Origin: Azolla caroliniana
Taxonomy: Eukaryota > Plantae > Polypodiophyta
DNA length: 64,000 bases
Reading direction: 5' to 3'
Assembly: GCA_043228905.1 (NCBI GenBank)
Contig: JBHGNT010000012.1
Coordinates: forward strand, 4,898,001-4,962,000
Below the pieces are notes generated by a model, which saw only the letters and a program-made list of their open reading frames with translations, was not told the origin of the DNA and ran no database searches. This document shows positions 51,531-63,296 of this stretch, in pieces. Position 1 is the stretch's first letter. The number at the start of each line of letters is the position of its first letter. A program made the translations under genes and the position numbers.

Positions 51531-53677
51531 TCCTCTCGGTTCTCGCCACCGAGGGATTTGCGGTTTCGCTCGTGGTTCGGCCGCACCGTCAGAAATTGGA
51601 CCGAATGGCGCCCGTCCTGGCTTTTGACCCTCGCGTAGGCCGAACCATTGTCCAGCACCTTCGTCTCCATCCGCGCCGCCGTGATGTATGGTTCCCCTAA
51701 TATGACCGGATGCGAGGACGTCTCTTGCACGAAGAAGTGCTGGTCAATCTCAACGTCGCCGATCTTGACACGCACATTCGGGCAGGCCCCGTGCAGTTCC
51801 TCGGTGGCGCGCGTCGCCGCCCGTATCTTCCACCCGTGCTTGGTGTTGATCGACCATTTTCCCCTTTTGTAGAAGTCCATGGACATCAGGTTTATCTCCG
51901 AACCGTGGTCCACCAGTGCCACCACCGGTTCCTGAACATCTCCGATCTTTACCGGGGTCTTCGTGGTCGCTCGGGCCCAGTGCGGCCTCGAATAGTGGCT
52001 CTCCGCCCACTCATCTTCCAGCGCCAAGTCGTCGATGTGCGTCGTCCGCACCTCCACCGGTCTTTCCGGTTCGGTCTCCGTCGATAGCCTCTTCCGCTTT
52101 ACCAAGTCCACAATGGAGTCGTGGAACTCCTTCTTGGCGATCCCTAGCACCTCCCGCAATGACAGCTCCACCTTGCTGTCGAGGATCCGTTCTTCTAGGA
52201 CCTTTCGTAGGTCCGTGGTCCTTTCTATTTCCGTCCCCAGTCGGTATCCGCCCTTCCTGGGGTTATCTTGCGCGTTGGACCCACCGGCTTCGTTCCGTTG
52301 TTGCCCGAATTGGGTCTCGTATCATTGTGAGGGCCCGGCCGCTCCGGCTTTCCCCACTCGTTTGTCTTCTACCAGAGCCTCGTAGTTCCGGCAGGCGGCT
52401 TCTACGAAGCCTGTCCTCTCCTCGACCGGATCGCTCCACCCGGTTATTTCCCGGACCCGTCTCTCAGCGCGGTCCGTTTCATCTTTCCTTAGCCGTGCGC
52501 CGGCAAGACCTTCCAGCATTGCCGACCCGAATTCGTCTTTGCCCTCCTTTCGGGCCTCGCTACCCCCGACCCGAATGCCGGCCGACGCCGAGTAGTGGAT
52601 GGCCTCCACATGTCGGGCCGCTACCTCTTCCATCAGTCTCTTCATACCTCCTCGCCCGTCGTTTTGGTTTAGGGCCCTTCTGGTGTCGCCGGCGTGCACC
52701 CGACCTTCCCACAGGTACACCACCCGGTTCCTCAACGCTTCCGCGAAATCGCCGCAGTCCTTCCGGATGTGGCCGACCTCGTCGCACCACATGCACCTGT
52801 TCCCTGCTGCCGGCTGTCGGTCACGAGCCTGTTCGCCGCCTGCCCTTCGAGTCTGGGCGATCTGGAGATCCTTTATCGCCTGCGTCAACTCCTCCAGCGC
52901 TGCTCCTCCGGATGAGCCATTGACCATGCCAGTCGAAGCCGAACCGGTTTCGAGCCACTCCCGGGTCTCTTCCCTTCACCCTTGCGGTGCCGGTTCAAGC
53001 CTCCTTGTTGTGACCGAGCCCGCACCGGCCACCCCGTTATCAGCCCATTCTCGTCATTTGTCGAAACGGCCACAGACTCTCTTAACCGCAGCCCAGTCGG
53101 TCGTCAGCCCGTCTTCGGTTTCCAGCAAGGAGCCGACTTGATCCCGGTCCCGCTCGTCCACCGACTTGACGAATAGTAGGACCCGGCTCGTATCCAGAAC
53201 GATTTGGTCAAGCGCCGAAAGGCGCGCAAAGCGTTCCTCAAACTCCCGGAGGAGTGCCGACGCGTTTCTTCCCTTGCCGGGGGACTCCACCCATTCCATG
53301 AAGTCCCGTTTCGAAAGCCGGAGCGCGTCGTCCAGCCCGTATTTTTCTAGGAGTCGGCCCTCGAACTCCTCCCAGGTACGGCTCTCCGCCCGTACCTCAA
53401 GCACCTCCGCATGGATACTCGGCATCGCCACTCGAGGGAACCCGGCAAGACGCCTCTCTTTCGGAATGTCCCGCATCAGCATTTCTGCCCCGTAGGATGC
53501 CAAATACTTCGTGGCATCCTTTCCGCTGAACCGGCTGATCGTACCGACGACCGCCTCAATGGCTCTGTCGAGGGCGCCGGAGCCCTCGCATGCGCTCAAT
53601 ATCCGATCCACGGCCGAAGCCATGGCCTCCGCAAGATCCGACCCCTTCATCTTCTGCTCTTCTGCCGCCTCGTTCAC
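51524..53677 (-). pseudogene. Element D ORF1: gag, CCHC knuckle and protease (two in-frame TGA stops)
   Basis: The ORFs starting at 53677, 52927 and 52171 share a frame. Motifs CMWCDEVGHIRKDC and VALVDHGSEINLMS...ILGEPY. Confidence 0.88.
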
Positions 53678-53693
53678 GTCAGGTTCACCAAGA

Positions 53694-54314
53694 TGTCGAG
53701 GTACTCCTCACGGATGTGTGGAATGAGGCGGGACCTCGGGGGTCTTGTACCGAAGAGCAATAGGGAAAGGAGAAGGGAAGGGACCCACTACGTGCGAGCG
53801 TGGATCCACAGGGACACGGCCCTTCGACACGAAGACGTGAGTGTGGAAACCAACACAGAGAGGCACAACGGTATGTAAGTATATATTAACAGAGACAAAC
53901 AACAAAAGCACGAAGTCGGTTACAACCGAACAGGCCGGCGAACAGATGCCGATGCCTGTTCGCAAACGCTCAGAAAGGAAGGAGTAGGTTGGAGGTGCTG
54001 CCGGAAGCACTCGGGCATTCCTCAGAGCAGCGCGAGCCTCACGAAACCTACACAGAAAGAAGCTACGGAGAGGATGGAAGAGAGAGAAGCCTTCGACCGA
54101 CAGCCTGACAGCGCTTCCTCCTCTCTGATTCCGCGATTTTATAGGCAAGAAGGGAGCCGTTTCCTATTAATTTCCTACCTACCGAATCTATCTACCTAGG
54201 ATCTTCCATGTCCCTAATTCTCTCTTATGTACAACATAAGACGTACGTGCATGAAGAGCCGGTTCCTATGTTCCGGCGCACCGATTCCGCTTGTGGACGG
54301 TTTTCTTCACGACA
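53694..54314 (-). repeat. 5' LTR of element D (621 bp)
   Basis: Direct repeat of 47261-47956. Confidence 0.95.
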
Positions 54315-55683
54315 ACGTCTGCGGGGGGCCGACCCCTCCGGCCCTTCCTGCGTGTTTGTCTTCCACCAGAACCTTGTAGTTCTGGCAAGCGGCTTCTACG
54401 AAGCCCGTTTTCTCTTCGACCGGATCGTCCCAACCGGTGACCTCCTGGACCCGTTGTTTTGCGCGGTCTCCCTCTTCCTTCTTCAGCCAAACTCCGGAGA
54501 GGCCTTCTAGCACTAGCGGCCAGAATCCGGAGTCCTTCGCCTTCCGGGTCTCATCACCCCCGACCCGAATTCCCGTCGACACTGAGTAGTTAACGGCTTC
54601 AACGTGCCGTACCGCGGCCTCTTCCATCAACCTCTTCCTTCCGCCGCGTCCCGTATTCAGTTCTAGGGCTCTCCGGGTGTCGTTCGCACGCACCCGCCCG
54701 TTCCAGAGGTACACCACGTTGGTCCTGAGCGCGTCGGCAAAATCCGCGCAATCCCTCCGAATGTGACCGATCGCGTCACAACACATGCACCGCTGCCCAG
54801 CTGGCAGCCTCCGGTCACGAGGTTGTTCGCCACTATCTCTCCGGGCCTGTGCAATCTGCAGGTCGCGCACCATCTCTATCAGCTCTTCCGTATGGGCCTC
54901 TGACCACGTCATTCGATGTCGACCCCGACTCAGGCCAGATTCGGGTCTCTTCCTTCCTACCGGCCAACACCGATACCGGCTCCTCGAGCCTCCTCCCCGG
55001 GACCGGCCCTCACCCTGACGAGCTTCTGTCGCTCCAATCGCGCCGTTTGTCGAAACGGCTGCAGACCCGTTTTACCACGGCCTAGTTTACCGTGAGCCCT
55101 TCGTCCATTTCCAATAGGGGACCCACCTTTTCCCTGTCGAGCGCGTCCACCGACTTGACAAACAGTAGTACCTGACTCGTTTCGAGCACTGTCCGGTCCA
55201 GCGTCGACAGCCGTGCGAACCGTTTTTCGAACTCCTGGAGGAGCACCGACGTGTTCCTCCCCTTTCCGGGGCTTTCCACCCACGCCATGAAGTCCCGCCT
55301 CGACAGCCGAAGCGAGTCGTCAAACCCGTACTTCTCGAGGAGCTGTAGCTCGAACTCCTCCCAAGTCTGGCATCCGGCCAACACCTCGAGCACCTCCGCG
55401 TGGATGCCTGGCGTCACCACCCGAGGGAATCCGGACAACCGCCTGTCCATCGGGATATCCCTCATGATCATTTCGGCCCGGTAAGCCTCCAAATAACTTG
55501 TGGCGTCTTTCCCTCCGAACCGGCCTATAGTGCCGACGATCAATTCAATGGCTCTGTCGAGGGTACCCGTCCCCTGACGAGCGCTTACCAGCCGGTCGAC
55601 GGCTACCGCCATTGCCTCTGCTAGCTCCGATCCCCTCATCTTTCGACTCCTTTGCCGCCCTTTCATGTCGGGTTCACCAAATA

Positions 55684-55747
55684 TGTCGCGTTGTTACGCG
55701 CGTGCGTGTAGAAGGGGCGGGACCACTGGGGTCTTGGACCGAGGAAT

Positions 55748-55811
<64 letters not shown>

Positions 55812-56399
55812 CACAGACACGCAGAAGCGAGAAGGAGAGATATAGAACGGAACACTTAATTACAATGACAAGAGATTACAAACTCCGACGGTTACAACCG
55901 TCAAGGCGGTGATGGGCCCGACACGGGGACCCTACTCACGCACACAGGCGGAAAACACTGGACCCAGAGAAATGCAGAAGGAAAGGCCTCTACTGGCAGC
56001 GCACGGGCTACCCACAAAGTAGAGGCGTCGAACTCCCAAGCACCCACAGAGAATGACGGTCGAAGGAGGAGAGAGAGTTCGGCCCTCGGTCCTGCAGCAC
56101 TTCGTCCTCCTTAACGCGCGATATTTTTATCTTCCTTCTCTCCCTCCTTAAATAGTTCGCAAAAAAAAGGGGGGGGGTGCCCCCTTTCTCCCTAGTCAAA
56201 TCGCTTTATTCCCTGTCCCTTCTGACAGAGATACGCACAATCCCCTAATAAATGTGTACTACTTAGTATTTACATCAGCCGATCCATTTATGAATCATGT
56301 ACAAAATATCAAAATATCAATTCACGCGTCCATCCGTATAAGAGCCGGTCCATGCACCCTTTTCTCTGATTTCGCCTATGGCCGGTTTTCTTCACGACA
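55684..56399 (-). repeat. 5' LTR of element C
   Basis: Direct repeat of 42314-42988, with the PBS adjacent. Confidence 0.95.
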
Positions 56400-56833
56400 C
56401 CGTAAAATATGATGATGAGCTTCTCTATGAGCATGGCATAGTGATGTAATTGTTCTCTTGCATAGTTTGAAGTATGATAGGTTAATTGTTTAAATTGTCC
56501 ACTAAAGCAACCACAATGAGCTTCTCTATGGGCATAACATAATCACGGTCCTGAAGCCCCTTTATAAATTCTTCTTGTCTCTACATTTGGTTGCATTCTT
56601 AATTTGAAAAGCTTAACAATTGGAAGCAATGAAAGTGATGTGACTATTATCCTTACAAATGAAGGGGTCAATCTTTTGCATCAATTTGATTTATAAAAAC
56701 CATTCAAGTTAGTTCGGGATGTCTTATAAAGTAAGATTGATACAATTAGTAGTAATTCTAAGTTATTTTTAGATGTCCAAATATGATCATAGATCCATTG
56801 GTGGTTTTTGAAGATGGCATGTGTTTTATACAG

Positions 56834-58847
56834 ATGGCTAGTCGGTCCAAGACCTTCATAGACTTTGATGCGGATTGGGGTGAAACAATACCCTATGAAG
56901 GGAGGTATGGCCTGAATAATTTCTCAAGTATATATTGTGTATAAATAGTGATGTTTGTGTGCTAACTTGAATGATGGTTTAGGGTTTTTGTAAGAAAGGG
57001 TGCCAGGTGCCCCAAATCCAACAATATGGATGCTGAAAACATCATTACTGAAGACTCGAACATGGATACGAACCCCATACATGACGTGGGGCCAGGTGTT
57101 GAAGATATCAGTGTAAATGGTGAGTTGATGTACATTCTTATAAACATTATTGAAGTAAGTATATATTGGGTTTTTCTAATGCAAATGTCACACCATTGTT
57201 GTAGTGGACCCTATGTCCCTCTTCAAGGCAGGAAGAGACTTGACAGGTATCAAATGTCGCACATGTATTGTTGGAGATTCATGTAGAAAAGAGGTACGAT
57301 GGTTTCGCAAAAAAGCTAACATGGAGGCTCACTTACAAAAGGCACATGGCATCCGTGTAGTACTGCCTCAGGGGCTAAAGATAGAAGAAGAAGAGCAATC
57401 AACCTTCATGAGGAGTACAACCACGTCATTCTTCAACCACTATGAAAGACAACGATCAATAGAACGTTTTTTGGATCCGGAGCTAAAGTACAACAGATCA
57501 CGCCAATCACACATGAGGAAGTTGAGGACAAGAGCGATTAAGATCTTCAAAGCCACTCCGGACGCACTTCGAACATCCAAGGAGGCCGATTTCATTGCCC
57601 AATTCGTCAGCCAAGAGATGGCTAGGTATGATGAGGGAAAGGAGCATAGGATGGCAAAATTGAAGTTGAAGATTGTGGTTGTGTCTGAAGCTTATGTAAG
57701 TATGGTTTATGATTATGTGTGCATCTTATGTGAGTCTAAATCTAGTGTGTGAATGATTATGTGTGAATCTTATGTATGAATTTTAGTGTAAGAATCATGG
57801 AATTCCCATGCCAGAAGATGAGGCACATGTCGAGATCGATGGTGGTCAAGACCAACTGTCAGAATCAACAACCCAACAACCAAGGAGGCCTAAAATCCAA
57901 ATCCGCAAGAAAAAAGTGAACCCTGGTAAATTGTTGTTCATTACATCATCTGACACAGATGAGGGTGCGGACATTGGGATTGTCTTTGGTGGTCCTGGGA
58001 CAATCACGAAAACATGGGATAACACAACAAGAAATAAGTTCACTAGGTATGTTGTTATGGTGGGGGCATGAGATCAATAGTTAACTTCATGTTTTTTTTG
58101 TAGTTCCTAATCTGGCCTAATAAACAGGTTTCAAGTGGCTTGCCAACGATTAGATCTAGTGGTCTTTTTGACGGAGGTAGAACTATGTTCGTTGTGCACT
58201 GTAGGGGAGATGGCATTCACATGGATGGAGTACTCGTTGCCCCCCGAGATCAACAAGCGGTTTCATATTGTGGATCCACTATGGGTACAACTAGAAGGCC
58301 AAAGTGATAAGGGTGAAGACATACTCACTCGGGTCCCTGAACGGGAATATGTCTTCATTCCGATATTGCACTCAAGGCATTGGGTGCTTTGGTTGAAGAT
58401 GCGACAGACTCCTATAGGTCTCGATGCCAAGGTGAGGAGCCCAATTGTTTTTTGCGATCCACTAAATAATCATCTGACTGTCGGCATGAAGACATTGGGT
58501 GATTTGGCTGTACGACATATCTCTAGCACCACACATGACCATTGCATCATCAACAACGAGCGATTCCAGGTATTGCATATCCCAACCCAACCTAATGGGA
58601 CGGATTGTGGGTATTACGTGATGCAAACCATTCGAATGTTGGTCGAGTTCATTCAAGGATTTGAGTCCGATCAATTTGTAATTATTTATGAGAATTGAAT
58701 TTGAGCATTTGTTTTTGTAAGTGCTTAGGTTGATGGCATCTTGTGGTGTAGGGTAAGGAGCAATGGTTTGGATTCGAAGACGTGGAGCTCCTTCGGAAAA
58801 TCATGGCAAAATGGACACGAAGGACTCTGGGCATATGGTTATTTTAA
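56834..58847 (+). CDS. MULE-borne protein with a C2H2/BED-like zinc finger and a Ulp1-like (peptidase C48) protease; 6 exons, 534 aa, open frame
   Basis: Exons 56834-56904, 56983-57119, 57205-57695, 57787-58046, 58128-58677 and 58752-58847 are GT-AG and join to 1605 nt without a stop. Motifs CRTC...HLQKAH and FIPILHSRHW...FCDPL...QPNGTDCGYYV. Confidence 0.8.
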
Positions 58848-59051
58848 TCACTAGCATGTTGTACTTTGTAACATCAAACATATGATCTTGATTTACTATC
58901 TCATGCGGATTGCCAGATTTTTTGTAATATCTGGTAAATAGTTGAATCTCATTTTGGTTGTATATGACTCAATTTGATGTACATTTTGGTTGTGAGTCTT
59001 ATTATTTGAATCTCATTCTAAATAGTGTGTGACTCAATGTGAATCTTATTC

Positions 59052-59242
59052 AAAAGCAATGTACAATAATGCAATACTAGTCAATAATGGAGAAGGTATC
59101 AAAAGCAATGTACAATAATGCAAAACTAGTAAATGCAATACTAGTCAATAATGGAGATTGCCGACAAAGCAATGTACAATAATACAGTACTAAACAATGC
59201 AATAATAGTCAATTATGGAGAAGGTAGAAAAAGCAATGTACA
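59052..59242. repeat. Irregular tandem repeat AAAGCAATGTACAATAATGCAATACTAGTCAATAATGGAG
   Basis: Four partial copies seen directly. Confidence 0.85.
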
Positions 59243-59257
59243 AATTTTTTGGGTGTA

Positions 59258-59418
59258 GGGAGCCCGACTGGTTAATGAGGAGCCCGACTAATTAATGAGG
59301 AGCCTGACTGATTAACGAAGAGCCCGACTCGTTACAAAAGAGGGAGCCCGACTGATTAATGAGGAGCCCGACTCATTTCAAAAAGGGAGCCCGATTGATT
59401 AAGGAGGAGCCCGACTCA
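59258..59418 (+). repeat. Array of 8 GGAGCCCGACT motifs with about 20-bp spacing
   Basis: Seen directly; the same motif occurs in the MULE subterminal regions. Confidence 0.88.
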
Positions 59419-59768
59419 TTAATAGTCAATTGCCCAACTATGTGTAATGATGGCATTTCAACGATCATACTAACGACTACAACAAATTGATTCACCAAAT
59501 TCAGTAGCATGCAATATGAGGTAGACTCATTCACTAAGGATTGAACTCATTCCCTTCCTTAACAGTCTATTAATCACTCACACTCATTTCATTCACCCTC
59601 ATTCTCGATCCTTCACTAATAGCTCTAAACATTCTCAAACTAAATCATTGAAGAAGAGCTGAAATAATCCACTCCATTCATGTGAATTATTTGAATTCAT
59701 TCGCATAATATCTCACATTCACTTAATTCACCTCAATCACTGGCATTCTCGATCATATTGTATTTGCT

Positions 59769-62644
59769 ATGGAGAGCACAATGCATCATGGTGTCTTCGC
59801 CATGTCGGAAGATGAATCGGAGGATACATCATGGTCGTCCAATGCATCGTTTGTATCTGAGGACGAATTGGAGATTCCTTTTGAGTCATTAGATTCCAAT
59901 CGTGAGGATGAGGCAGTCAATCCCTTCATGTATTGTTCTCCTAGGTATTTTGCATTTTCAAGAGGTACGTATAATTTGATGGTTAAAGATTTATTGGGAC
60001 AAGTTAAGGTAACATTGGAAGCATTACGTGATGTCGTAGGGGGAGCACCTCTTTCACTTCATGCATGGAGGTGCATGAAGAGTCTTTTCATACTTGGGAA
60101 TGCGAGTGCAATTTACCTTAAAGCATCACCTAATCTTCAAGTATTATACGTCGAGAAATGGAGGGAAGACACATCCCATCACACATTTTCAAAGACTCTT
60201 AAAGAGTTAAAGCTAGTTTATGCGACTGATGTACGTGATTATGGCATCCCACAGGAGTACGTAAAAGCACTCATTACAAGTTGTGGTTGCCAAATGGTAT
60301 CGAAGGTCGACCCGATAGAAGGTTTGGGATCAAGCATGGCCAAATATAACAAGACCCTACCCATAGAAGCGATCAAGGTAGAAACCCACTAGTTAGATTA
60401 TGTGCTCACAGATTTGCAAACCAAGTACCACACACGTTTAAGGAAAGGAGTCAAGAAGGGTATGCGTGTGACTAGGTATAATTGCCATCGTGCTGGGACA
60501 TCTCGACTTGCATCTAATTCCACTCGACGACGCAGGTGCACATTCCATGTGGACGTTAGAATGAATGACGGTGTTGACAATGAGACACTTACCATTTCAA
60601 TATATGGACCTCATAGTGGTCATGTACCATGTAGTAGGTCGGATATGTACCATTTGCCAGTACACCCCAATGTCATAAGTTGTTGCAAAGATGACCTATT
60701 TGATGTTGGGTGTGCAAGGCATGTGGCACGAATGAGCATGCGTAAGGAAGCATATCATAAGTCCAAGGCTAGTCCATTAGAGCTTGTTAGCTATCGGTTC
60801 ATTATGATACCAAAGGAGGTCCGTAACTTGGCAAATAGGTTAAAATTCGGGAGTGCCATGACTAAGGTTGATTGGGCTTTGATGATGCAATATGCCTATG
60901 CACTTCGAGATCTTGGGAAAGTGGCTCATGTTCAACCCTACCTGCCTGGTGAACCAGGATCTCCTGCCAAACAACCATTTATCCTGATACTTCAAGATCA
61001 ATGGATGTTGGAAATGTGTGAGCGGTTGACCCTAAAAAACTCTTGGTCAATTGACTCGACATTTAAAACAAACCAATTCGGGCTACCATTATATGCAGCA
61101 GTTGCCCCCAACGCCATGGGAATTGGGATCCCATTATGGTACATGCTTTGTAGTTCTGAGAAGGGGTCAAACCATGAGCAAGTCGCATTAGAAACTTGTT
61201 TGAGAGTCATATTCGCAAGGGTGCCCACGATGAGGCCAAATGCAATAGTGATTGATAAATGTTGGACATCATATAATGCCATAACTAATGTGGTTGCAAT
61301 AGACCGTCAATCTTGGATTGTTGTAAATGGGCAACGGTCGGAAACTCATTGTCGACTTTTGTTGTGTCAATTTCACACCAAAAAGTCATGGGTGGACAAC
61401 TTGTTGCCAAAAGTAAGTGCAACTCAGAGAAGCCATCTTTATCAACGAATGTGCCAACTGATGCAATGCATTACTGAATCTGCATTCAATGCGATGTGTG
61501 AGGAGTTAAAGGTAGAATATGCAGACAAGCCCGATGTTTGGTAATATATAGGAGGATGGTGTGGTCTGACATGTGTGTGGAGGAAACTCTGGCCCAAGTT
61601 TGGTAGAATGTTCAACTATGGACACGTTGACACTACCAATATTGTGGAAAGACATTGGCAGTTTATCAAGTATACTGCCTTGAGAGGAAGAATAAACCGA
61701 TCAATTACCGACCTTCTGCATGTCTTAATCGGGGATAGTGAAATTGGCACTTGCATAGGAGGAACAGTAATAGAGTGGTACAACCAACGACAAGAAATAT
61801 GTGAGAGTGGTCGGTTTGCACCCCGTGCGAATTGTAGGGATCAAAGGTCCTGACCTAAAGAAGCGGAGAGAATATTGGAAAGGTATGTTGATGATACTTC
61901 CACAATGGAAATTGTCGACGAGGCCCGATATTGGTTTAGAATCTTGAGCATGACGACTCCCACTCTATGGTATAATGTGCCCTCCAATGTTCATATTGTG
62001 ATTGCCAAGACATTGCGAGTAAATGTAAGCATTTACTCGGTATCTGAACAATTATTGAGAGGCATACACCACATTTATGTGGCTCATTGCCTTTTATAGA
62101 TCACGCGACCCAAATGCGAATGGACCATAATACAGAAATAGAAGTGGAGGCAGAGGTAGAACGAGTCGAGGAGACAAACCCCACAACATCAGAGATTGAA
62201 TCATTCAAGTCCAAAATACAAACGGTCGTGAAAGCACTTCAATGTCTCGAGCAAGGGTTAGGAACCTTCGACCGTGCAACTATTGCCAAAGGTATACAAA
62301 CATTGGAAGATGTGGCTGAGAAGGTGTATCAAGTTGGTGCGCCAAAATCAACCAATGAAGAAGATGACATATCAATAAGTCGCAACCAACAAATCGGTGC
62401 CAAAAGAAGTGCAACAATAGACATCTCGCAAGAACTTATTGGTAGCTCCCCAAACAGTTCCAAATCCCATTCTGGAAAACTACAAAGAGGTGCAAGTCGG
62501 GCTAGGAGGCGATTGCCAATAGGTGACCATGAGAAGGTTCGGTGTTTGCGTTGCGATGGCTTGACCTTGACTTCAAGGGACTCGAATGTTACATGTTGTA
62601 AAAATTGTGGTTGCATCTTGCAATCATCCCGGCATGAACCATAA
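59769..62644 (+). pseudogene. MULE/Mutator transposase with WRKY-GCM1-like, DDE and SWIM domains (several stops, one frameshift)
   Basis: RYNCHRAG...C...HSGH; WSIDSTFKTN; IVIDKC; LLCQFH; TTNIVERHW. The SWIM motif CDC..CKH appears after a frameshift near 61980. In-frame stops at 60392, 61544 and 61853. Confidence 0.88.
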
Positions 62645-62824
62645 TCTTAATAAGTAACGTGTATATTCATATATCATTTTAGGGTTGTCAACATTTGACG
62701 TTTTAATATTTTATGTAAGACTTGTTATTTGAATCTTTAGGTTTTTTTGAGAAATTTTATGATCATTTCCATGGCAAATATTTGTTGTACACTTACCATT
62801 TTTTGGAGTTTTTGATGTTTGTTT

Positions 62825-63105
62825 TTAAGTCGGGCTCCTTCCCTGAGTCGGTCGAGCTCCTGATGACAAAGGCTGTCAGATAGCGGGGCTCCTTTTGAAA
62901 GAGTCGGGCTCCTTCTCACAGAGGATGTTAGAGAGTTGAGCTCCTTTACACAGAGTCGGGCTCCTGGTGACAGATGTTGTCAGCTTTTTATCCATCTTGG
63001 ACGGTGGAGATCGAACACGCCATCAACGGTGCGACCTGCACCGTCCCTCTCCGCGATTCCCTCACTTAGCCCTCTTAAATATTTGGTAGTAGTTAGTCAC
63101 GAACC
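62825..63105 (-). repeat. Right TIR and subterminal region of the MULE
   Basis: Inverted match to the left end, plus about 6 AGTCGGGCTCC-like motifs. Confidence 0.85.
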
Positions 63106-63296
63106 ACACACACACACACACACATACATACACATACACATACACAGGATACACAGGTGACAGCCCATAGAGTTTGGATGAGTGGCAAGCACCAGAGCGT
63201 GCCACGTATGCCCTATCTTCTCTTCTGAGCACAGGAATCGCTCAGCTCCACTCCACCTCTCGTCGAGCAGCAGGAAAGACAGACAGAAGGAAAATA

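Larger units (their letters stand above)
47261..54314 (-). mobile_element. Ty3/Gypsy element D (7054 bp, nearly intact), nested in C
   Basis: LTRs at 47261-47956 and 53694-54314, TSD ACGT (47257-47260 and 54315-54318), tRNA-Trp PBS TGGTGAACCTGACGTGAA, and a PPT at 47957-47968. Confidence 0.96.
42314..56399 (-). mobile_element. Ty3/Gypsy element C (decayed), interrupted by element D
   Basis: LTRs at 42314-42988 and 55684-56399 (TGTCGCG...CACGACA), 4-bp TSD CTGT/CCGT, PBS TGGTGAACCCGACATGAA (tRNA-Trp), PPT at 42989-43000. gag lies at 54315-55666 and PR/RT/RH/INT at 43058-47260. Confidence 0.93.
41350..63105 (+). mobile_element. Mutator-like element (MULE) with TIRs, about 7.7 kb without the nested LTR elements
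   Basis: 41350-41550 (...CTAACTACCACCAAATATTTATGAGGG...GGAATCGTGGAGAGGGACGG) is an imperfect inverted repeat of about 62930-63105. The interval encloses a Ulp1-like gene and a MULE transposase. Confidence 0.85.
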
